This document shows, in pieces, positions 40,709 through 53,107 of a stretch of 64,000 nucleotides of DNA. Source of the DNA: Lingula anatina. Taxonomy: Eukaryota; Animalia; Brachiopoda. Position 1 is the stretch's first letter, and every line of letters starts with the position of its first letter. The translations under genes and the position numbers were made by a program. Location: positions 22,940,001-23,004,000 of the forward strand of contig CM120642.1 of NCBI GenBank assembly GCA_051362555.1, written 5' to 3'. Under the pieces are notes generated by a model. It searched no databases. It was given only the letters and a program-made list of their open reading frames with translations, and had not been told where the DNA came from.

Positions 40709-42332
40709 ATGATTCGTAGCCTACAATGTGTAACTACGTTACAGATCAATATATATGCCGCATAAAAGATTGCAACTCCGTTGCAAAAATGTTTCCAACT
40801 TAAGCAAACAAACTACGTTTGTTTTAGATTATAATTCTGATAGAAATAGATCGCATCTATTTTCAGGCTGACTACCCAGCCGCATGTCACAAGCTAACTG
40901 AGTACGCATGCGCAAGCATATCTCATTTAAGACTGACCGATATTTTTATACAAAATAGAATTGCCAATGGTTAATGAATCCCTTCCACCATTAAGAGTTA
41001 GGTTTTTTTTTGAAGTGTTTTTCTTTATTTATTTATTTTGTGCAGTATTTTTTAAACAATTTCTTAAGAGAGTATTACAGACGGTAGCCATCTATGACTG
41101 GGTTCCCATACCTATATTGATCTAACAGGATCAATCCACCTCCAAGAGGTTTCTCGCCAAATTGCTTTCAGCTGAAGCAGCTTAGATGTATGGCATGCCT
41201 ACTGAAGCTGCTAAATGATAATTAATTGCCCCCCATGAATGACAGACATTTCAGCCACTTAAGTTGATAGCAATTTAGCGAGAATCTCCTCTAAGATAGA
41301 TCGATCCACAATTAGTACAATGGGGTCTGGGAATGGTCCCTATGTAAGTCCATGTGGTCTGATGGAAGCCCAAATTTCAGAGTAATTGCAAATATTGGTC
41401 TTTTGATGGTGCAATAGAATTTATTATATTTGTAACAATTTATATATATAATGGATTTTATTATGTTGTTTACAATGTATTTATTTATTGTGGAATTTTC
41501 AATTTTGTGAACCCCTTTGATTAATTTTTGGTTTTTTAAGTTTCTCAGGAAATACTTGAATGTTAACACTCACCATAACCGAACACGCTAGATGATTGTG
41601 CCAATTCATTTTATTACACATATGTACAAAAGTAGCATGGGAATTTCAACAATGTGTGGCATATAACCAATGAAGATCAACCAGCAAATTACAAATTATA
41701 CACATGGAGAGAGCACAATCAACAGCTTCTATTATGATGCTTGCAAATTTTATATAATAAAATACTAGCAATTGGTGAAAAATGCAAGATAACAAATAAT
41801 TCATTTGATCCCAGGTTGGGAATTTCACCATAATTCTGGTCAATAGATTACTTAATATATGTATATGCTTCTATATACAATAATACTAATAAAGTAGAAA
41901 TATAACAATAAAATGCATTTGTCAAATTACCAACTGAGACAAGTAAAGATCAAGCATAAATATTATAATACACATGTATGTTTTACACATACATATTTGT
42001 ATGAGCTCTTAATTGAATAAAGAAAGCTGTTAGAGACAATGTTCTAAGTTACTGCTTTAAAATTTTCATGAGAAGTAAATTCTGATACAATCTTATGATA
42101 CATCTTCATAGTAAGTCTATGACACTTCGTGGACAGAAAATGTCAAAATGAATTTCCATGGAAAACTTAAATTCATAGTCACTCGAGTACAATACAATAG
42201 TACTATGCTCATAAAGTAATCTTTCACTTTCATTGTTTATTAAGATATGGCAAAGTTGTCAATAGCATACAAGTGCCTCTCGCAATAACCAAGTTTCATG
42301 TACAACATAATACTGTAACTAATGTATCTAAT

Positions 42333-42335
42333 AAA

Positions 42336-42409
<74 letters not shown>
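42333..42409. repeat. Poly(A) followed by (TA)n microsatellite
   Basis: Seen directly. Confidence 0.9.
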
Positions 42410-42412
<3 letters not shown>

Positions 42413-42438
42413 TGAGAAAGAGTTTTGGCAGTAAACAA

Positions 42439-42757
42439 CCCTTAGCAAAATATCAAGCCTGCTGCAAAGTTTCTCGCAAATTCACTGCAAATTTGCAAAA
42501 TAAAATATGTAGCAAATTTGCAAGAACTTGAATACTTTCTTGCAAGCTTCATATGTTCTTGCAAATTTGCTGCTAAATTGTCGCTAATTTGCCAGAACAT
42601 AAAGACTTTTCCTGCAAACCTGCTGCAAACTAAAGCTGTTATTGCAACTTTGTTGCTAATTAGCTGCAATAAAAATTTTTCTTGCAAACTCCCGCAAACT
42701 TTTAGTTTGCAGCAAATTTGCCGCATTATTGCTGCAAACTTTTCATTTTGCTAAGGG
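42439..42757. mobile_element. CACTA/EnSpm-type non-autonomous element
   Basis: TIR CCCTTAGCAAAA / TTTTGCTAAGGG, 2-bp TSD AA, many internal TTGC..GCAA subterminal motifs. Confidence 0.75.
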
Positions 42758-44506
42758 AAGGATATATGCCATGGCATTTCAAACTAAAATATAATTGCAC
42801 TTCTGTTTGGCATACAAAGTCCCTGATATTTAGCCTTATTTTTGATTGGTCCAGATTTGAACAAAGTGCGCTTTGACTTGTTCGCGTTCATTGGCTAGAT
42901 CGTTCGATGAGTCATTGAGGGCAGGCTTTAAATTTGATTGGCGGGCGGTGCTGGCAATCAAATGTGGTCAGAGGTAACTTGACACAATGAAGATAGGCTA
43001 TAGTGAAGAGGTTAGTGTCAAGTTGTCTCTGAAGCTCAGGGTGGGTAGGGCTTGATATCTACTCAAACTTATGTAGACATTTTCAGTCCATATGCTAGCA
43101 GTCGGCCATATTTATTGCTGCCATGAGGTAGCTGCTAAATGCTTACATAGGATGGTAGACAGAAAAAGTGAATCTTTTGTACAAAAAGAACAACTCAAAA
43201 AAATGTAGGTCTATGAAAGGAAAACGGGGGTTAGAGTTGGTAAAATATTTCTAGTTGCAACCAAAAACAGAACATTCATTTTCATGTAATGCATGCTATC
43301 AAAAAAAAGGAAAATATGGATAAGATATAGTGTTCAAATACAGTAAGTATACCTTATTTCTATTCTTATTTCTTAGGATTAAGAAAGATTAAATGTAAAA
43401 TGTGCTTCACATATTCAAAGTTATATTAATTTTCATAATAGCAGACATACACTGTGGTGGCCCCTTCTTAATATAGATGTGGGGATCGTCCAGAGACAGT
43501 CCTGGCAACATAATGATGTAATAAGAAATAATTAACTTTTGCCACGCAACCTGCGCATGGGCTCGCAGCACTGAATCGGCATAAGATCTGATAGATAAAG
43601 AAAACTTGTATAAAAGCCACTGTTTGTATGGACTCGAGGTCACTTGTTGAACGAGAGACCATCAGTGTTACATTGATTTATCCTTGCGGTTGATTTGGCT
43701 TCTGTGGCATGCACTTACAAGTTTAAGACCAATGAATCTGGGATCGATCGTGAGAGTGAAAAGTTTACTTGTGTAAGTGAGCGTAAGTGAATGATTGTGA
43801 GTGAAAACTTCTTTCGGTTAGTATGTTCAGTACATATATTGGAGGGCTTGTCCAGTACTCCACAAGTGTGCACAGAAAACTTAATTACAATGGCTCGAGG
43901 AGGACAACTGGTTGGTGTTGCCTAGTTGACCCAACTTGCAAAAGCTCTACCAGTTATGACTCATGACATACAAGGACAGCATCGACGGCAGGTGATGAAC
44001 TCCAGGTTGCAGGAAGCGGTAAGTGGTTTTATGACATGTGCCCAGCGGGCACTCAACGTTGATTCAACATTGAGGATAGGTTGAGATGATGTTGATCCAT
44101 CAATATTGATAGATCAACAAGATCTCAACATTGAATCAACCTTTTCTTGTCAACCAATTGTCAATGTTGATAAATCAACAGGGTCTCAACATTGATTTAA
44201 CCTTTCTTTGTCAATCAATTTTCAATGTTGATAGATCAACAGGATTTCAACATAGAATCAACCTTTTCTTGTCAACCAAGTGTCAATGTTGATAGATCAA
44301 CAGGGTCTCAACATTGATTTTACCTTTCTTTGTCAATCAGTTTTCAATGTTGATAGATCAACAGGATTTCAACATTGAATCAACCTGTGTTTGTAAACCC
44401 TTTGTCAATGTTGACATATCAACTGGAACTCAACATTGGGCCAACCTTAACTTTATAACCTTAATCATAACCTTGATAATAGTTTTAAATGATTATCTCA
44501 CTAGAG

Positions 44507-44867
44507 AGGTATGCGTAAGGGTAATTACCCCTCATAAAATGCTTGTTTTACCCCTTTTTCATTAAAATTAATTTTGTGAAAAAAGCGGTCGTCAGTTTTT
44601 TTTTTAACTTTCCACAGGTTATCTTTAAGAAAAAGAAAAAAAAACATAGGGTCACCAGCCTTACTTTTTGGCAAATTGACAAAATTTTACTCAAGGTTGA
44701 AGAAAAAGCTTGAAAAAGCCAAAAATGCCTGTTTTTTCTGGAAATTTAAGTTAGCTGTCAGAAAAAAATTAGACTGGTGACCCTTTGTTTTTGTATTCTT
44801 AAAATTAAAATTAAACAACAAAGCTAATTTGTTGTTTAATTTTTATGAGTAATTACCGTATGTGCCT
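44507..44867. mobile_element. Nested MITE-like inverted repeat
   Basis: Imperfect TIR GGTAATTAC..CTCATAAAA / TTTTATGAGTAATTACC and internal inverted AGGGTCACCAG / CTGGTGACCCT. Confidence 0.45.
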
Positions 44868-45013
44868 GCATACTTGTATAATGTAAATGAAGTGCGGGAC
44901 TGTTATTAAGTGCGAGACTCCGGATAACATGAACTGATGCAACACGTGAGTGTGGACAGTGTGTACACTTTTTCAGTACAAAAACTGTACTTTATTAACA
45001 ATACTTTGTGAGG

Positions 45014-45237
45014 CCACACTATCAGGAGGATCATTCAACAGATAAGGACATGGAAAACGGTGACAAGGACATGGAAAACGGTGACATTGCGTCTTCAAAA
45101 CCCCACACTATCAGGAGGATCGTTCAACAGATAAGGACATGGAAAACGGTGACATTGCGTCTTCAAAACCCCACACTATCAGGAGGAACGTTTAACAGAA
45201 AAGGACTCGTAAAACTGTGACATTGCGTCTTCAAAAC
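45014..45237 (+). repeat. ~68-bp tandem repeat, 3 copies
   Basis: Unit CCACACTATCAGGAGGA...GTGACATTGCGTCTTCAAAAC. Confidence 0.85.
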
Positions 45238-45399
45238 TTAACTGTCTACGAATCTCTTAGAATTTAACTGTATTTGACAAATGTTAAAGTTTATGCAACA
45301 TGATAGTATTACATGTAGTTAGTTTATGTAGTGTATGTTCATTGTTTATAATATATTATATTCATAGTTAAGTAAGTTGTTGTTTGTGTTTTTTTATGT

Positions 45400-46075
45400 T
45401 TCAACCTTGATGGTTCAAGTTTGATTCAACCTTGATGGTTCAACGTTGAGTCAACTTTCATAGTCAACGTCATATCAACATAGTTTCAATGTTGACTGTC
45501 AACGTTGATTCAACATTGAGACCTCAAGGTTGATTCAACCTTGATGGTTCAATGTTGATTCAACTTTCATAGTCAATGTCATATCAACATAGTTTCAACG
45601 TTGACCGTCAACGTTGATTCAACATTGAGACCTCAAGGTTGATTCAACCTTGATGGTTCAACGTTGAGTCAACTTTCATAGTCAACGTCATATCAACATA
45701 GTTTCAACGTTGACCGTCAACGTTGATTCAACATTGATACCTCAAGGTTGATTCAACCTTGATGGTTCAACGTTGATTCAACTTTCATAGTCAACGTCAT
45801 ATCAACATAGTTTCAACGTTGACCGTCAACGTTGATTCAACATTGAGACCTCAAGGTTGATTCAACCTTGATGGTTCAACGTTGAGTCAACTTTCATAGT
45901 CAATGTCATATCAACATAGTTTCAACGTTGACCATCAACGTTGATTCAACATTGAGACCTCAAGGTTGATTCAACCTTGATGGTTCAACGTTGAGTCAAC
46001 TTTCATAGTCAACGTCATATCAACATAGTTTCAACGTTGACCATCAACGTTGATTCAACATTGATTCAATGTTGA
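45400..46075 (+). repeat. 109-bp tandem array, about 6 copies
   Basis: CCTCAAGGTTGATTC starts at 45522, 45631, 45740, 45849 and 45958. Confidence 0.92.
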
Positions 46076-46088
46076 TTTGCCCGCTGGG

Positions 46089-46560
46089 TGACGGGAATAT
46101 TTCTTCAGAGGTTAGGGCATGTATAGATGAGATAGATGTTGTTAACCTAGGAATACATGACATACTGTGGGATATAGTTAAGTTGGTCACTAGAACATCA
46201 AAAGGAGCTCTAAGGCGGGAAATAGAAAGATTTTTAAATTCACCGGCAGATAGGAATGGGACAATGTGGGCGGCTATTAAATCATACATACAAAGGTAAT
46301 TTTTGTAGGCAAATGAGGAGGAAAGGTTAAAAGCCGAGTTAGAAGTTTTAAGACAGCTTTCGAAACACAACATTCAATAGGCGATTCAGGGAGAGCAATA
46401 ATAGAGCATTCACTGTCCCTAGACAGGGAGAAACTGAGCGTTTTGACATCAGGGCATACGTTCGTGCCTTGGCAAATAGAGAGATTGGCCTACAACTTTA
46501 GAAGAGGCTATCACATGGACAGAACAGGGAAATTCAGGAAGGGAAATTTTTCAACAAATT
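46089..46560 (+). pseudogene. Degenerate retrotransposon gag-like remnant
   Basis: LRREIERFL...WAAIKSYIQR*FL*ANEEERLKAELEVLRQ...RFRE, with in-frame stops. Confidence 0.35.
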
Positions 46561-47104
46561 ATAGGCGTCTGAGAGAATTTAAGGGAACAGCAAACAAACA
46601 TATCGTAGTAACACAAAATCCGAGAATAGAGGAAAACAAGGAAATAAGAGCTACTGGGCTGGACAGACACAATAAAAGCATGCCACAAACAAAACAAACA
46701 CAGCATGACATGATACTGAAAAAATTTAGACACAGTACAATTAGAACACGCTCTCAATCAACAGCATTAAAGTAATGAACTGTTGCAAACATGGATGGCC
46801 AAGGTAGAAACTAGAGTCTTCAATTCCCCAACCCACAAAAATAGTATCAAGGTAACTTTTCACAGTGGGTGACTAATTCCTCACAAAGACCACACACACG
46901 ACGAAATACAGGTTGGACAGAAGATGGCCCACTGGTGTGTTTCAATACATTGTTTTCCATGGTTTCATGACTTCCGCTAAATTCTTCTGTGAGAACGCGT
47001 GATTTTGCGGGATTTGAAGTTTCAAGGGGCAAGTGTGGAGTGTACATGATGGACGCCATATTGACGAGTGCTTGTTTTGATCTGAATTTTCAAGGATTTG
47101 TAAC

Positions 47105-48029
47105 ATGGTAACACCTGATTTTTTTCGAAAACACATTCATGCGAGTACTTGGAATAGAAATTTAACAGACATACCTGATGACTTTTCCATGAAAGAACTG
47201 AAAACGTATCTCACAGACAGCAAGGATAGGACATACGATAAGAAATTTGTGTGGGCGTTCAAATGTCTGAAAGCTTATCGGTATTTTCAAGATGGATATG
47301 TGCAGAAAATCTACACAACAGCTTTAGTGGACCACTCTGTGTCACCAAAAAACTGCCATGTTTAAAGTTAGACGAAAACAACAGATCATATTTGAATCAG
47401 AAATATAGCTACTTCACTCAAGTCCAGGGTCAAATGGCCGTGTACAACATTCATGTGTGTGATTTTGTTTTGTGCACAGAGAAGGATCTCTTCATTAATC
47501 TGTTCTGTTTGATGCTGTTCATTGGGCATCTGTGGTCCCTAAACTGACCAGTTTTTTACAAGACATTAATTTTGCCAGAGTTGATGTACCCTACTATTAA
47601 ACACGTCAAGGAGATTAGTGAAAACTCACTGACTTGGTAAACACTCCAAACGAGAGACCATCAGCTTATAATTAATTACCAAGCATTTACCAGATAAAGC
47701 AAGTGAGCCAGCTGCAGTATACCAATAAGCATCTGCTAGATGGCCAGTTTGAAACCAGCGTATGCAAGGATGTACCTGATTTAATCAGAGCCAAATAAAT
47801 ACAGTCAAGGCACACATCTAGCCACCAGTACAGCCTATGGATTCAGGCCTCCAGTAGTGAAACTAGACCCATCAGTGGCTGGTACTGTCAGTGTACATGT
47901 AAAGTAGGTGCCCAGACAGTTGGAAGTTGTGCACAAATCACTTCAGTCCTGTGGTATATGGGGTTTGCCATGAGGCAGGGATACAATCGAAAATTATGTT
48001 GTGGAGAAGGCTGTTTGGATGCCTCACAT
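47105..48029 (+). pseudogene. ISL2EU-like DNA transposon remnants (YqaJ exonuclease and transposase C-terminal SWIM region)
   Basis: KAYRYFQDGYV; YFTQVQGQMAV...CDFV (YqaJ/lambda exonuclease); KIQSRH...WIQ...GWYCQC..KVGAQTVGSC..SVLWYMG. Interrupted at its 3' end by the Ngaro element. Confidence 0.55.
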
Positions 48030-51000
48030 AAATATAATTCTATTCGGTTGAACGAAGTGAATAAGAATGGAATTATTTTCTCCTAGGGGGCGACACTGTA
48101 TATATTGTGTTAGTTGTGATACTGGTAAGAATTGTGGGTAAGTTACGACAGTTGTTCATTCGACCAGTTAGCGCAGACCAGTTGACACGTAAATTTTTGT
48201 GCGCGCATTTTTCAGTGGTGTCGGAGGGCGTAGACCGAGTTTTCAATCAAATGCCGTCTAGAAGGCAACCGCATTCTGTTTGATTTCGATACTGAATTAG
48301 AAGAGTTTTTGACACAGGTGGGACACTGTCCGCTTTTACGAAGCCAATCCTTTGGCCAGTGACTCTGAGGATGCAAAGAAAGTTAACAGAGCAGAAAGCA
48401 AGGCATTGAAAAAGCGTAAATTGAGCAAATCTATTTCTAAAGGAGGTCATGGCTCCAGCAAATCTAACGTTAGTAGTACTTATCCTGTTTACTGTGCTCA
48501 GCCTATTTTTCATGGACAACTTTGGGCGTTTCCCTGTGTTACACCAGGAGCACTCGGTCCAGGTTCTTTCACGCCACCAGTCACTTCTGCTGTCAGCCCC
48601 TACGGACAAGGAAGGAGCGGGTCGTGTTTTGCGTGTGGGTCCTTCGGTCATTGTAGGAGAGATTGTCCCTACACTAAAATACCAGGAAGTGCACCAGGAT
48701 TCTCAAAAACCAATCGTCCATGATTTTGTTAAAGATGAGTATTGTTTTGATGTGAAATATGATAAATTATTTTTTACTATCGATTATTTTGAGCATGAGC
48801 AAGGCAATGTAGATATCTGGGTTAAAGGCAGGCTAAGAAGTAAATTAGCATTTTGGAAAAGTATTGGCACATATGAATTTATTCTTGATGTTTTAGAAAA
48901 TGGATACAAGCTTCCTTTTTTCTCTATACCCGCATCAGTTCGTTTGGATAACAATAGATATGCTATTTTGCATAGTGCATTTGTTGAGCAGGCAATACAA
49001 GATTTATTGGTCAGATGCTTTATTAGTGAGTGCTCAGATATATGTGTTGAAGTTAACCCCTTACAGTGGCCATTAGGAGTAGTGGTTAAGCGGTTAATTT
49101 TAGATTTGTGGCATGTTAATAAACATCTTTGGAAATTTTCAGTAAAATTTGAAGAAATTCGTAATGTTTTATTTAAAATGGAGATTTTTGTTTTTGAATT
49201 TGATTTACATTGTGTATATCATTACATTGATAATTTTGAGTCTCACGCTAATTTTTAAAGGTTTTCTTGGAAATTTGGAAATACATTTGGTCTCAGTTCG
49301 GCTTACTATATTTTTACTAAAGTGACCAGGCTGCTGGTTAAAAAGTGGCGAGGAGAGGGCAATAAAGTGGTTATGTATTTAGATGATGGTTTTGGTTGTC
49401 ATTCGCAGTACAGCGAATGTAAGAATATTGCTTTAAATTAAGCAAGATCTTATCAACAGCGGGTTTGTTCCTAAAGTTGAAAAATCAACGTGGTTTCCTA
49501 GTACTGAGATTTTATTTTTAGGGTATAATTTGAATTTAGAGAAAAGCACTTTATGCATTCTGATTACAGACTTCTTAAAATTCGTTAGACTATAACGGAT
49601 ATTTGTTCTCTGTTTAGAGGAAAAGGCAGCATTTATGTGTGTTGAGTTGCTAGTTTAGTAGGTCAGATCATTTCTATGTCTTTTGTTATTTGCAATATTG
49701 TTTATATTATGACAAAATGTCCGAGTTTTGATATTTCTAAAGCTAAATGTTAGAATGAACAAATTGTTTTGAGCATAAACAGTACGAAGCAAATGGAACT
49801 TTTGGTATCTAATGTATGCAAGATTTCTGTAAGTATATACAGATCAAATCAGCATAGACTATGATGATTGGGAGGTGGCAGATAGTATTTTCGATTATTT
49901 AGATTCAGTCTGGGGGCCGCATGAAATTGAATTTTTTTTGTCTCCGATCACAACAATAAATTGCCAGTTTTTAATTCTAGATATTGGACTCCTGGTGCGG
50001 CGGGCACTGATGCATTTACTGTTCATTGGGGTGGTATGAATGGTTGGTTTGTGCCCCCGATGTGTGTATTATCTAGAGTTATACTGTCTTTAATTCAATG
50101 CAAGGCTTGTGGCACGGTTATTTTGCCTTGTTGGCACTCAGCTAGTATTTGGCCTTTATTATCTAAAGGCAGCTTTTTATAAAGGAAGCTGTAGCATATG
50201 TAGAATTACCGAGAGAAAAAGCTTGTAATGTTCCTGGAGGTTTGTTTGGTAGAGTAGATTTGCCGATTAAAATGCTGGCAGTCAGATTTGATTTTTCTTA
50301 ATAAATGAAAGTGATTTTAAATTACTTATTAATTTTTTTGTCTTTGCAGGCTTATAAGGATGACATTTCTGAGCTTCCTGACGAGTTGGCTGGTAAAATG
50401 CCATTGGTTGTTGGATTTTTTGTCTGAGAGTCGGTCATCGAACACAGTCAAGGGTTATTATTCAGCTTTCATGTGATGGAAATTATGGGCGAAGAAGAAC
50501 GGCAATCAAGGGAATTTTCCGGCAAGAGGTTTTCCTGTTGCTTTGTACTTGTCGTGCTTAGCAGAACAGTCCAATTCTTCTAGTCCTGTTTATCAGACAT
50601 TTTACAGGCTTAAATGGGTTTATGCCATTACAAGCGCAGTCTCCTACAGACTCTAATTTAGTAAAAATCGTGTTGGAAGGTATATAAGAGGCGCAAGTCA
50701 CAGCCAGTTTGCAAAAAGGAGCCCATATCTCCAGATATTTTGGAAAAATGTTTGAGGCAAATTTTGAAGAAGGGAATGTGTATTCTCAATGTGCTATATG
50801 TGCTGGCTTGCTTTTTTATGCAGGCTTTCTTTGAGTTTTAGAGCTGTTAAATTTAAGGATTAGCGATGTTTCGTTTCATGATTCATACATGTCAATTTTT
50901 ATTGAAAAGAGCAAAACGGACATCTATAGAGATGGTTCTCGTATGGTTATTGCTAGAACTTATTCAAAGCTTTGTCCTGTTAAAAATTTAGAGCAATTGT

Positions 51001-53107
51001 TCTCTTATGTGAATCTTGAGCATTCGGATTTGTATCTTTTTAGATCTGTCACCAAGCACTTCAATTGCTATCGTTTTAGAGATGATGATAAGCCTATTTC
51101 ATATACTAGAATGAGAAAATTATTTATTTCCTCTTTTTCTCCTCTTGTTAAAGATATAAAACAATTTGTTTTACATAATTTGAGGGCAGGTGGTGTTACT
51201 GCTGCCGCAAGAGTTGGTTTTCCAGACAGGTTATTTAAAAGACATAGAAAGTGGAGTTCGGTAACGGCTAGAGATGGCTATGTGACAGATAATTTCTGAC
51301 AGATTTTTTGTTAGTAAAAAATTGGGTCTTTAAAACTAAAGATTCCCGTTCTTTGTTTTCGACTCGTGCGCTAACTGCGTCCATATGCACTTTATATGTT
51401 GTTTGTGTTGTTTTATTAATAATGTTATGCAGTGTCGGTTATGGTCTAGGAGAAATATAATTCTATTCGGTTGAACGAAGTGAATAAGAATGGAATTATT
51501 TTCTCCTAGGGGGCGACACTGTATATATTGTGTTAGTTGTGATACTGGTAAGAATTGTGGGTAAGTTACGACAGTTGTTCATTCGACCAGTTAGCGCAGA
51601 CCAGTTGACACGTAAATTTTTATTTTTCAAATTTTGTTTATGGTTTTGTTGTTTTAATTCGATTAGTACATGTGATTCATTTTGTTTTATAACTACATTG
51701 GTTATTGCTGCAATGGCTATTTTTATTCAATGTTTTTTGTTTTCAAAATAAGTATAGTGTATGTTGTGTTAGAGTGTACACTGTAGGAGTACAGTGTGCA
51801 TGGGTGCGTGTTTGGAGGTGCGATTTATGTTTATTAATATATAAATTTAATGATTGATTTATATGAGCTGTTTGGGAGGTAGTTTTGCACTTGTGTAGTG
51901 GAGAGATGAGCTCGAAAGAGGTGTTTGGGAGGTGGTCTCTGGTGATTTCCTATGTATGGGAGAAATGAGATCGGAAGTGCTTGGGTTGTGATATTCTGTT
52001 AAATCCCTATGTAAGGGAAAGATGAGCTCGGGAGAGCCGTTGGGATGTTATATCCTTATGATTCCTTAAAAATGGAAAGGTGAGCTTGGAAGAGCTGTTT
52101 GGATGTGATATCCTGGTGATTCCCTATGTAAAGGAAAGTTGAGCTCGGAGGGGGTTTGGGAAGTGGTCTCTGGTGATTTCCTATGTATGGGAGAAACGAG
52201 ATCGGAAGTGCTTGGGTTGTGATATTCTGTTAAATCCCTATGTAAGGGAAAGATGAACTCGGGAGAGCTGTTGGGATGTTATGTCCTTATGATTCCTTAA
52301 AAATGTAAAGGTGAGCTTGGAAGAGCTGTTTGGATGTGATATCCTGGTGATTCCCTATGTAAAGGAAAGCTGAGCTCGAAAGAGGTGTTTGGGAAGTGGT
52401 CTCTGGTGATTTCCTATGTATGGGAGAAATGAGATAGGAAGTGCTTGGGTTGTGATATTCTGTTAAATCCCTATGTAAGGGAAAGATGAACTCGGGAGAG
52501 CTGTTGGGATGTTATATCCTTATTATTCCCTAAAAAGGGAAAGGTGAGCTTGGAAGAGCTGTTTGGATGTGATATCCTGGTGATTCCCTATGTAAAGGAA
52601 AGATGAGCTCGGAAGAGCTGTTTGGGATGTGATATCCCGGTGATTCCCTAGGTAAGGGAATGATGAGCTCGGAAGAGCTGTTTGGGATGTGATATCCCGG
52701 TGATTCCCTAGGCAAGGGAAAGATGAGCTCGGAAGAGCTGTTGGGATGTGATATCCTGGTGATTCTCAATGTAAGGGAAAGATGAGCTCGGAAGAGCTGT
52801 TGGGATGTGATATCCTGGTGATTCCCAATGTAAGGGAAAGATAAGCTCGGAAGAGCTGTTTGGGATGTGATATCCCGGTGATTCCTTTTTATATGTAAAA
52901 GGAAGAGATGATACAGAGGTTTGGTGAGGAGAGGGTATCCTCGTGTTTATAATTTATTTATTTAATTATTTGTTTATGTTGTTTGTAAATGATTGAAAAT
53001 GGTTTGGAATAAAACTCGTGCGCTAACTGCGTCCATATGCACTTTATATGTTGTTTGTGTTGTTTTATTAATAATGTTATGCAGTGTCGGTTATGGTCTA
53101 GGAGAAA
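48030..53107 (+). mobile_element. Ngaro-type tyrosine-recombinase retrotransposon with split direct repeats; ORFs decayed
   Basis: A1 48030-48198, B1 51362-51455, A2 51453-51621, B2 53014-53107 (A1-ORFs-B1A2-B2 layout). Gag knuckle CFACGSFGHCRRDC, RT MYLDDG, MT-like FNSRYW..GTDAF..W...WFVPP, YR IEKSKTD...HNLRAGG...W...DGY; many stops and frameshifts. Confidence 0.93.
51900..52886 (+). repeat. ~59-bp minisatellite with ~232-bp higher-order repeat, between A2 and B2
   Basis: Monomer GATGAGCTCGGAAGAGCTGTTTGGGATGTGATATCC.GGTGATTCCCTA.GTAAGGGAAA; the variant GGTCTCTGGTG recurs at 51934, 52165 and 52398. Confidence 0.9.

Larger units (their letters stand above)
36112..40962 (-). mobile_element. 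Complete DIRS1-type tyrosine-recombinase retrotransposon
   Basis: 33-bp ITRs at 36191-36223 and 40898-40930; internal complementary region 36436-36555 that joins both outer termini through AATT; three intact overlapping ORFs. Confidence 0.95.
44041..46088. mobile_element. CACTA/EnSpm-type non-autonomous element with subterminal repeat arrays
   Basis: TIR CCCAGCGGGCA / TGCCCGCTGGG, TSD TG; TCAAC.TTGA palindromic arrays at both ends. Confidence 0.85.

Noticed and set aside
45400-46075. CRISPR-like array of palindromic repeats
   Set aside because: The units are contiguous with no unique spacers, lie within CACTA-type TIRs, and the DNA is eukaryotic.
51900-52886. CRISPR array or repeat-protein gene (ORF 52530-52769)
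   Set aside because: No spacers; 59- and 60-bp monomers alternate and break the frame.
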